Source: a virus (Duplodnaviria > Caudoviricetes). From it: a DNA stretch of 24,311 bases. The notes under the pieces are model-generated. The model worked only from the letters and a program-made list of their open reading frames with translations. It was not told the DNA's origin and did not search any database. Shown one piece after another: positions 7,980 to 15,117 of the stretch; within the stretch, counting starts at the first letter, position 1; every line of letters starts with the position of its first letter. The DNA is taken from IMG/VR virus record IMGVR_UViG_3300046011_009116, positions 1 to 24,311 of that record; one strand, 5' to 3'. The position numbers were made by a program, and so were the translations under genes.

Positions 7980-8586
7980 TCTGCTGGTACAGAGCATCAA
8001 CACTGCTGTTGTTGTCCAGCACAGCGTCAAAGTCAGTGCCAACCCAGGCGTATTCACTGGCATGAATTCCGGCTTTTTCCAAGACATGCCTGCCCAATGC
8101 CCAGCCAATTTTGTTAGGGCCAGCGTTGAATCGCAGTGCATCGTTGTACCACACCGGTTCAGATCCACGCACTACTCTCACAATTTTGCCCCCAGAGTTT
8201 CTTATGGCAGCAATTTCATTGGGAAATCTGCAGTCTGAAATAACCACATCATCATTGCTGTTGCGTAGCTTGTTTTCTAGGCTAGCTATCCAAATATCAT
8301 CGTGAAAATGTGCGCGGCAGAGATCAGTGCCCCAGTGTTGCAGTACCCAACGCGGTGTGATTTCGCGTCCTAGTCGTTGGCTCCACCAGGCATCAGGCTG
8401 TTCGCGCCACTCACGACTGCTGCGTGTGCGTCCTTCCAGCATGTCTCTGTCCCAGCCAAACACAGCACTCACTGCATCTTTCAATGTGGCAGCAAAGCTT
8501 TCCCTACGAAAACAATGCGTGTTGACCAAGTAATCTGCCACAGTGTCTTTGCCACTGCCTATAAATCCACATACTCCTATGATCAT
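7930..8586 (-). CDS. gp1: Deoxynucleoside monophosphate kinase (T4 gp1-like)
   Basis: P-loop GFIGSGKDT; SFAATLKDAV, TPRWVLQ-x-WGT, VVISDCRFPNE, H-x-SE motifs. SD GAGGA. Confidence 0.92.
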   Translation of the reverse strand: MIIGVCGFIGSGKDTVADYLVNTHCFRRESFAATLKDAVSAVFGWDRDMLEGRTRSSREWREQPDAWWSQRLGREITPRWVLQHWGTDLCRAHFHDDIWIASLENKLRNSNDDVVISDCRFPNEIAAIRNSGGKIVRVVRGSEPVWYNDALRFNAGPNKIGWALGRHVLEKAGIHASEYAWVGTDFDAVLDNNSSVDALYQQITDLVQDHRDATASHS

Positions 8587-8593
8587 GGTTTCC

Positions 8594-9655
8594 TCATTTG
8601 TCCACAGTTGGTACTATTTGTTCAGGTGTTGCGTCAATGCCAAATTGCTTGATCAAGTTTTCTAGCAGAGCTTCATTGGCTCGAGCCTGGGTCAAAGCAC
8701 ATTGATAGTTATGTTCAATTTTTTGCATCACAACATGTGTGTCTGGGATCTCCTGCATCCATTGTTGTGTGTTTCTCACTATGCTATCCAAGCGTAGTTC
8801 GCTGTCAAGCACCAGATCATAGGGTTCAACAAGATGCTCGTCAAATGTTTCGTAACCTCTGCCACGTAAGCTGGCCAAAATGCCAGGCTGGGCTGCCATG
8901 ATCCATGGCACTTTATTAAACAGAGTGATATAAGTTTTTTCAGTGCTGAATTGAACCGAAGGCAATGCAGGAATGATGTTACCAAATATAGATTCACTGA
9001 TCACTCTAAATTTGGTGTTGGAAAACAGTCGAGCATCGTAGGGAATACCACAATAGTGATACATAGTACCGTATCTTTTGACTTCAATGCTGTCTGGATT
9101 GCGATGCCAGGACTGCAATTTTGATGCTAGATTCACATCAGCTATTTCTGGCAGCAGCTTGGCTAATTCATCAACTTGATCTGGCGCTGACCAAAAACTC
9201 CAACAACAACGATCTAAAAGATCTGCTTGTTCAAATTTCCAAAGCAATCTTGCTCGATGCTGACGATCAGGCTTGCCAGTCAAAAACAAAAAACGATCAG
9301 CCGTACTGTTCCAGTTGTTGTTGACTCCACTGCTTTTCTTGTTGAATATTTCATTGTAACAACGCCACAGGTGAAAATTTATCAGTTCCACACAGTCGGC
9401 TCTGATTCCTGACAGATCCTGAAATGCTACATCAGTGTTCAAGATCAAAACTGTAGACACACCCATGCCCCTGACACTGTCTAAAATCCAATTTAGACCG
9501 TCCTTTTTGTCAGGTATAGTGAAATAATCAGTGGCCAACAACAAAACCGCTACCTGCGCCTGGTTTTCGCGTATGAGAGTGACCAACTCCTCTAGGTACT
9601 GATCTATGGCATTAGGAAAGGCACCTTCCACAGACATTGATACAAACTTTTTCAA
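8594..9655 (-). CDS. Putative GT-B glycosyltransferase, related to GT10 (alpha-1,3-fucosyltransferase) nucleotide-sugar-binding motif
   Basis: FLFL-x-GKP-x-x-HR; TKFRVISES...FSTEKT...KVPWIM...L-x-x-LRGRGYETF...EPYD...IEHNY resembles the GT10 YKF-x-L-x-FEN-S...Y-x-TEK region. The ORF-track start (9766) overlaps the exonuclease gene. A more likely start is TTG 9655 (TTGA overlap, SD AAGGA) or ATG 9637. Confidence 0.6.
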   Translation of the reverse strand: MKKFVSMSVEGAFPNAIDQYLEELVTLIRENQAQVAVLLLATDYFTIPDKKDGLNWILDSVRGMGVSTVLILNTDVAFQDLSGIRADCVELINFHLWRCYNEIFNKKSSGVNNNWNSTADRFLFLTGKPDRQHRARLLWKFEQADLLDRCCWSFWSAPDQVDELAKLLPEIADVNLASKLQSWHRNPDSIEVKRYGTMYHYCGIPYDARLFSNTKFRVISESIFGNIIPALPSVQFSTEKTYITLFNKVPWIMAAQPGILASLRGRGYETFDEHLVEPYDLVLDSELRLDSIVRNTQQWMQEIPDTHVVMQKIEHNYQCALTQARANEALLENLIKQFGIDATPEQIVPTVDK

Positions 9656-10173
9656 GCCAGTTCCTTGACTTTGAGATATTGCAAAGTTGTCTGTAACAGA
9701 CCAATCTGTCTGCGACAGTCTTCCAAGGCATGGTGACTGGTGGGCGGTTTCTCTAAGCCGGGCCACAACGAAAAAACAGTGCGACTGTCACGTACAGCAA
9801 AATACTTCCAGGGAATGGGTTTGTTGTAGCTTTTGTATGCATGTTCCAAGATGTTCATGTCGTATGTTGGACCCTGTGCCCAGATTCGCTTGCTGTGCCA
9901 AATCAGGCGGCCCAATTCATCCAACGCCCGATCAAGAGGCACTCGATTATCTTCAGCAAAAGCTTCGTTTTTGGCTGCTGCTGGCTGAGTAGCCCACCAT
10001 TCAAGAGTGCCCTGTTCTATTCTACGATCAGGTTGGCTGTCAAGATCAATCCTTGCATAGTAATGCTGCGGATACCAACCGGACCCAAATGGATCAAATG
10101 CCTGCGCAGCAATGGTTAGAATGGTAGTGTCAGGACCGGTGGCCAGTCCCTCAAGATCAATCATCAGGTCCAT
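9652..10173 (-). CDS. DEDDh 3'-5' exonuclease (Rv2179c/RNase AS- and T4 DexA-like)
   Basis: ExoI MIDLE, TLEWW, ExoII W-x-QG-x-x-YD-x-x-IL, RDSRT, ExoIII HHALED. Confidence 0.88.
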   Translation of the reverse strand: MDLMIDLEGLATGPDTTILTIAAQAFDPFGSGWYPQHYYARIDLDSQPDRRIEQGTLEWWATQPAAAKNEAFAEDNRVPLDRALDELGRLIWHSKRIWAQGPTYDMNILEHAYKSYNKPIPWKYFAVRDSRTVFSLWPGLEKPPTSHHALEDCRRQIGLLQTTLQYLKVKELA

Positions 10174-10178
10174 GCTGT

Positions 10179-10187
10179 ATTATAGCA
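10179..10187 (-). promoter_or_regulatory. Sigma70-type extended -10 promoter (TGcTATAAT) 5 nt upstream of ATG
   Basis: Minus strand reads ccaTGCTATAATacagcATG. No SD and no clear -35. AT-rich upstream. Confidence 0.6.
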
Positions 10188-10214
10188 TGGAAAATTATTG
10201 AATTGTGATACTAG

Positions 10215-10979
10215 TTATCCAATGACCCAGGTCAAAGGCTGACTACCGTCAACGTAGTTGACCAGTTGCAGAATAAGTGACTCCATGTCGGCCTTGGCTT
10301 CGGCCTTCATGGCTTGCCCGTTCAGTGTAGTTCCGCCCTGTGGTCCTGCTATGGTTCCAAACTTTTCTCTGGCCTCACCTATGATCATTTTGCAGTTGGC
10401 CAGCATGTAGTCTTTGATCCACTGACTTATCTGTAGATCCTGTAGCAGTACCACTTCGGGTTTGAGCTGCCATACCCACAGCAAAACATTTTCGCCGGTG
10501 CCTTTGGGATCGCGAATGATTTGAAGCTTTTTGGTAACCTGATTCCAGGTGTAGTTTACAAAACCACCAAACATTCTGGCAGCCAATTCCACATACTGTG
10601 TGTAGAAATCATAAGTGGCCAGGCCGCCTGCGGTATTGAAGTTCATGAGATACACGTTGATGGATGCCTGGGCAAACGGATCAAAGTTGCTGGCAAACGG
10701 GCCTGTGGCAGTGCCAAAAGTGCGTCGGAAAATCTGACGCACACTCACAACTTCTTGGGGCAATGTGTAGATGTTTACGTCCTGAATCAGCTCCATGAAG
10801 ATATAGGCTTCTTCATAAGCATTGTTAGCACGTTGCCGATAGGTTCCTATGGTTTTTTGATAGGCTGCTTCATAATGTGCTGGATCCAACTCAATATCTA
10901 CGATTTCGTCAGCCAGTTGCAGTCGCACATACTCAATGAGATTTTGTTTGAGCGTGGGTAATGTAATTTCTGTGTCCAT
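10215..10979 (-). CDS. gp13: Neck / head-tail adaptor protein (T4 gp13-like)
   Basis: LIEYVRLQL...VDIEL; YTLP-x-x-V; QWIKDY-x-LA-x-x-K-x-x-IGEAREKF...GGTTLNG-x-x-M-x-x-EA; C-terminal P-x-x-WVIG. SD GGAG and late box upstream. Confidence 0.88.
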   Translation of the reverse strand: MDTEITLPTLKQNLIEYVRLQLADEIVDIELDPAHYEAAYQKTIGTYRQRANNAYEEAYIFMELIQDVNIYTLPQEVVSVRQIFRRTFGTATGPFASNFDPFAQASINVYLMNFNTAGGLATYDFYTQYVELAARMFGGFVNYTWNQVTKKLQIIRDPKGTGENVLLWVWQLKPEVVLLQDLQISQWIKDYMLANCKMIIGEAREKFGTIAGPQGGTTLNGQAMKAEAKADMESLILQLVNYVDGSQPLTWVIG

Positions 10980-10997
10980 GGGAAACTCCGTTCCCTA

Positions 10998-11007
10998 TAT
11001 TTACCGC
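10998..11007 (-). promoter_or_regulatory. T4-late-like promoter GCGGTAAATA for gp13, overlapping the SGNH stop codon
   Basis: Minus strand reads GCGGTAAATAtagggaacGGAGtttcccATG. Confidence 0.6.
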
Positions 11008-11636
11008 GTAGACTCAATCCAGCCATGCAGGCGGCTAGCAATCATGTCATGCCCCAGTTGATTGGGATGTGCGCCATCTGCACCAATGTAAGGATTGTTT
11101 TTGGTATTGACCAAATGTTCACCGTTGTGTTCAAAGAGTCCAAACCAGTTGGCTGCGGTTTCCTGTCCTTTGGCCCAGATTCTGTCAAGATCAACCCCGG
11201 GCAGCCAAGTGTGATACTGTACCCAGCCCGAAAAATAAAAGTCCCTGATTCCCATGCCAGCACACCAGTGCTGCAAAGCACTCACTGTGGAACTGCTGCG
11301 CACGACTTCATGCCCGGGCTCATGAAAATGCAAGTACAGTTCTTTGAGCTTGGTGTCAGCATTGGCCCAACTGAAAAATCTGGGAAAATGTGCGGTGCGG
11401 GCCGGATTGGTCAAAAAGAATATTGCAGTGGTATTACCTAGGTCATCATGGTGTTGTGAAACAAAAGTCTGAAATTGATACAAAAGATCCTCGTTGCTGG
11501 CACCACCTGATCCGTAGTTGCAAAACTCATCAACTTGCATGAGTTCGGCCAGCGTTTCGCCGTAACGGCGACCGCTGCCAATGCCGGCGCCTTCTGGCCA
11601 ACTGTCGCCAAACGTGGCCAAGATTTTTTTGCTCAT
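11001..11636 (-). CDS. SGNH/GDSL-family esterase or acyltransferase-like protein
   Basis: Block I FGDSW, block II NYGSGGASN, block V DGAHPN-x-x-GH. ATGA overlap with the radical SAM gene. Confidence 0.8.
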   Translation of the reverse strand: MSKKILATFGDSWPEGAGIGSGRRYGETLAELMQVDEFCNYGSGGASNEDLLYQFQTFVSQHHDDLGNTTAIFFLTNPARTAHFPRFFSWANADTKLKELYLHFHEPGHEVVRSSSTVSALQHWCAGMGIRDFYFSGWVQYHTWLPGVDLDRIWAKGQETAANWFGLFEHNGEHLVNTKNNPYIGADGAHPNQLGHDMIASRLHGWIESTR

Positions 11637-12598
11637 TGAAAACCTGATGTGCTGTTGGGTTTTTTGCTCACTGCTCGTATTGTGGTATTGGCTGAGTAGT
11701 TACTGGGACAGAATTTACACTGCGGAATGGGGTCATCAATTGTGGCAAGAAACTGTTGGCCACGATCTGCAAACTGCGACACTTCCAAGGGACGATAGCT
11801 GTTGAGCAGTTCACGATCTTGATCAGATATGTCTAGATTGAATTGCTTATCAAATTCCGGAAACAGCGCCACTGGCCCGCATTTGTACAGAGCCCCACCT
11901 ATGAAATGATAACATTTGTATCTTACAAATCCGCAATTGTCGTGTGCCAGCTTGACATCACTGTTGTGCAGTGTATGTCGGCCTGATTCATTGAAAGTAA
12001 TGGCTGCTGTGTAAAAACTATCATAATCCCAGACTGGGATACGCACATTGTTCTTGTCAATAAATGCTTGTGCAGCCCCCATGGTCACACTGTTGTTGTG
12101 GTTTTCTGCGTCGTGCTTTTTGACCATGCGTATGGGCGGTTGCAGAAATTTATGTATTTCTTCATACAAGCGATCTCTATCCGCTTCATTGTGCATGCTG
12201 ATACCAATCCAATTGCGCACCCAAGGCAGACGTGGATCAATACCACTCTGCAACAAAACTTCATATAGCCCAGGCACTTTGTTGATTCGAGTGCCATTGG
12301 TCTGTATCTGTACTGCTTTGTTCCACAGTTGATTGATGCCTTTGACCCAATCCAACAATGAGGGATTCAGCAGTGGCTCCCCGCCCAGGATGGTAACTTT
12401 TTGAAATCTTACATGTTTGGCCCATTCGGCGTAGACCGCAGCATGGTCTTGCCACAGCTGGTGTCCGCGGAAATGATAGTTGTTGAATCTATTGCAGTTA
12501 TGGCAATTGAGATTGCAAACATTGGTAATGTAAAACTCAACATAGCCAATCAGCGTTCTAGGATCTTCAGGATAATCGTCAACTATGGTATATGCCAT
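11633..12598 (-). CDS. Radical SAM enzyme with C-terminal Cys-rich (Twitch/SPASM-like) extension
   Basis: CNLNCHNC (CxxxCxxC), ILGGEPLL, QTNG; C-terminal C-x6-C-x10-C and CKFC. Confidence 0.9.
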   Translation of the reverse strand: MAYTIVDDYPEDPRTLIGYVEFYITNVCNLNCHNCNRFNNYHFRGHQLWQDHAAVYAEWAKHVRFQKVTILGGEPLLNPSLLDWVKGINQLWNKAVQIQTNGTRINKVPGLYEVLLQSGIDPRLPWVRNWIGISMHNEADRDRLYEEIHKFLQPPIRMVKKHDAENHNNSVTMGAAQAFIDKNNVRIPVWDYDSFYTAAITFNESGRHTLHNSDVKLAHDNCGFVRYKCYHFIGGALYKCGPVALFPEFDKQFNLDISDQDRELLNSYRPLEVSQFADRGQQFLATIDDPIPQCKFCPSNYSANTTIRAVSKKPNSTSGFQ

Positions 12599-12605
12599 GT
12601 GCTGG

Positions 12606-13742
12606 TCACCAACTCTTGAGTATCACAATGTGTTCGTTGCCGCGTCCGTTGAACGCTGTTTCTGTGGTTTTGATGTCTTTGTAGGTTTTTCTTGCAGCAG
12701 GTTTACCTCCGGCCATCAACTCCTTTAAAACTTCGGCGGGTTTGCGCAGAGTCTTTTGCATGCTTTCAGCAGTGCTGTAACCTATCACGGTGTTGTTCTT
12801 GAGCGTGAATTGTCCCACGTGTGAATCTGCAACCAGGTGAATCAGTTTGCGTGTCTTGGTATTGTATAACCATGCTTCACTTTTGTCCACCAACTGGCTT
12901 GCGGCCAAGCTCTTGAGTTTGAGTTCTGCAAATTCAGCTAGATATTTAAACTTGCTGGCTCGCTTTTCTGGACTCACAGGTTTTGCCTTGCGTGGCTTGC
13001 GTTCAACCTTTTTGATCTGTACATAGGCACCGCAGTCATTGATCACTGTGTCGCAAAATTTTACTACGTTGCGCAGTTGAATTTTGGTCAGGTGTTGATA
13101 GGCTTCAACCAACTGAGCATCCGTACCATCAATCACAGCCGTAAACTCAGCCAATCTCTGTTTCCATGCCTGTGCTATTTCATTGACCATTTGCGGTGCT
13201 ACATTCATGCCACGCATGGTAGCTATAGGTTTGAAGTCAGCTGACATCTTGGCACCGGCTGCAATAAAGTCATCAAACATGCCATCTATCTCACCTGCAC
13301 ACTCACTGACCTTTTCACGCAGTCGATCCTGTATGGTGGCTTTTGGTACTGCTGGCGCTGGCTCATCAATTTCTGGCTGTGCGTTGGTCTGTTCTTGTGC
13401 CAACATTGCTGAGATCATTCGATCCAAACTTGACCGCTCATCGGCCGTGAGCTCAAGACCCACTGTGTTCATACGACACAGCCAGGCCGCTGTGCAACGT
13501 ATGGCGCTGTCGGGCACTCTGCGCAGTCGTTTTATGTCAGGTTTCCTGCCTTGAGATTCCAGCCAGGCCACTAGCATGTCTCGAGCTTCTTTTTTGCCAA
13601 AGAAATAGTTGTACCAAGTAAACGCTCGGGTCAGCGAACTGGTACGATTTTCGACATCAGGCTGCTTGCGCCAATCTGGTTCTGGGCCGGTGTATTTGGT
13701 GTCCGGGCTTTTGGGATTGATCAGCTTTACTGCTGTTTTCAT
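12606..13742 (-). CDS. Hypothetical 378-aa protein with a basic C-terminal domain, probably early-expressed
   Basis: Start revised to ATG 13742 (MKTAVKL), which has SD GGAG. The ORF-track extension to 13814 covers the gene's own promoter. Basic linker KKVERKPRKAKP. Confidence 0.8.
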   Translation of the reverse strand: MKTAVKLINPKSPDTKYTGPEPDWRKQPDVENRTSSLTRAFTWYNYFFGKKEARDMLVAWLESQGRKPDIKRLRRVPDSAIRCTAAWLCRMNTVGLELTADERSSLDRMISAMLAQEQTNAQPEIDEPAPAVPKATIQDRLREKVSECAGEIDGMFDDFIAAGAKMSADFKPIATMRGMNVAPQMVNEIAQAWKQRLAEFTAVIDGTDAQLVEAYQHLTKIQLRNVVKFCDTVINDCGAYVQIKKVERKPRKAKPVSPEKRASKFKYLAEFAELKLKSLAASQLVDKSEAWLYNTKTRKLIHLVADSHVGQFTLKNNTVIGYSTAESMQKTLRKPAEVLKELMAGGKPAARKTYKDIKTTETAFNGRGNEHIVILKSW

Positions 13743-13766
13743 GGCATTCTCCAGGGTCAACACAGT

Positions 13767-13795
13767 ATTATAACACTCTATCAAGTTTTGGTCAA
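13767..13795 (-). promoter_or_regulatory. Near-consensus sigma70 promoter TTGACC-N17-TATAAT with extended -10 TG
   Basis: Minus strand reads TTGACCaaaacttgatagagTGtTATAAT; -35 at 13795-13790, -10 at 13772-13767. Confidence 0.8.
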
Positions 13796-13801
13796 GCACG
13801 G

Positions 13802-13811
13802 GCGGTAAATA
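13802..13811 (+). promoter_or_regulatory. T4-late-like promoter GCGGTAAATA for the gp14-gp15-NUDIX block
   Basis: GCGGTAAATAcaaaactATG; no SD. Confidence 0.6.
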
Positions 13812-13818
13812 CAAAACT

Positions 13819-15114
13819 ATGCCCAGACTCAGCCTTTACCGCCCAAATCGCACTCGTGATTACCAATTTTTAGATAGAACTGTGTCCGAAATGTACACAG
13901 TGGGCGGCCTTGACATATTTGTACACAAGTACATGGGCCCAATCACTGGTCCCACCGAGGGGACCAATGATGCCACTATCCCTATTTACGACAACGAAAA
14001 TCCCCTGAACATTCAAGACCTATTGTTGCTGGAAAACCGGGACAGAGTATATGATCCAGATATCTATGTCATGAGAGGTGTGTACAATCAACAAGACATT
14101 GATTTTGACCTTACTCAGTTTGGGCTGTTTTTGCAGAACGACACCCTGTTTATCACGTTTCACTACAATGACATGATAGACACGTTTGGGCGCAAACTCA
14201 TGAACGGCGATGTGCTTGAGATACCCAATCTCAAAGATTACAATCCACTCAATCCCAATCGTTTGCCGTTGCCAAAATATTACGTGATCCAAGACGCGGC
14301 TTTTGCCAGCGAAGGATTCAGTCAGACCTGGTTGCCGCATGTGTGGCGTGTCAAAGCCACGCCCATGACCAACAGCCAAGAATTCAAGGATATTCTAAAC
14401 AAACCTCAGGTCACAGAAAATATCTGGGACAATGGAAATTTCTATCCCGTGGGCTCCGTTGTAAACTACAACGGTGGTTATTATCAAGCCATTCAAAACA
14501 CTCCCAGTGGCATAGACATTACCAATGCACAGTATTGGATGGCATACACGCCGCCTACCGAGGCCGAGACCATGACCACTCGGCCCAAGGATCAAGAAAT
14601 CAATGATGCGATACTGACTCAGGCCGAAATTGAAGTACCATTGAGCGGATATGACACAGCTCTGTTCTACATTGAACCAACCTTGAACGGGGAGCCAGCC
14701 AATCCTGATGGACTCACTGCTGACGATACTGCTGTGACTGTGGATGGTACCCAAGGCGGCATGAACATCACTCCCAGTGGTCCAGGTTACACTCGAGGCT
14801 ATCTCACTGGCGACAACGTTCCCAATGGATATCCTGTCACCAGCGGTGTGGCGTTTCCGGTCAGTCCTGTGGTAGGCGACTACTGCTTGCGCCTAGATTA
14901 TTTTCCAAATAGACTGTTTAGATACGATGGCATTCGTTGGGTCAAGATTGAAGATGGTGTGCGAACCAGTCTCAACAACGGACCAGAAAACAAAACTTTG
15001 CGCAGTGGCTTTGTCAACAACACCGACACTGTCAACACCACTGATCGTGGAGCTATACCCAGTAGACAGAGTCTCAGTGATATACTGCGTCCTCAAGCAG
15101 ACAACGGCGGTTAA
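13819..15114 (+). CDS. gp14: Neck / head-closure protein (T4 gp14-like) with extra C-terminal modules
   Basis: E-x-x-x-x-GG-x-DI-x-V, DLTQFGLFL-x-ND-x-LFITF, GDVLEIP match the gp14 pattern. Lies directly upstream of the gp15-like gene. Confidence 0.72.
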   Translation: MPRLSLYRPNRTRDYQFLDRTVSEMYTVGGLDIFVHKYMGPITGPTEGTNDATIPIYDNENPLNIQDLLLLENRDRVYDPDIYVMRGVYNQQDIDFDLTQFGLFLQNDTLFITFHYNDMIDTFGRKLMNGDVLEIPNLKDYNPLNPNRLPLPKYYVIQDAAFASEGFSQTWLPHVWRVKATPMTNSQEFKDILNKPQVTENIWDNGNFYPVGSVVNYNGGYYQAIQNTPSGIDITNAQYWMAYTPPTEAETMTTRPKDQEINDAILTQAEIEVPLSGYDTALFYIEPTLNGEPANPDGLTADDTAVTVDGTQGGMNITPSGPGYTRGYLTGDNVPNGYPVTSGVAFPVSPVVGDYCLRLDYFPNRLFRYDGIRWVKIEDGVRTSLNNGPENKTLRSGFVNNTDTVNTTDRGAIPSRQSLSDILRPQADNGG

Positions 15115-15117
15115 TTT

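Noticed and set aside
9656-9766. N-terminal 37-aa extension of the glycosyltransferase ORF
   Set aside because: Overlaps the exonuclease's catalytic ExoIII region in another frame; a coupled TTG with SD at 9655 is more plausible.
13743-13814. N-terminal 24-aa extension of the 402-aa ORF
   Set aside because: Spans the gene's own -35, -10 and SD elements and the divergent late box.
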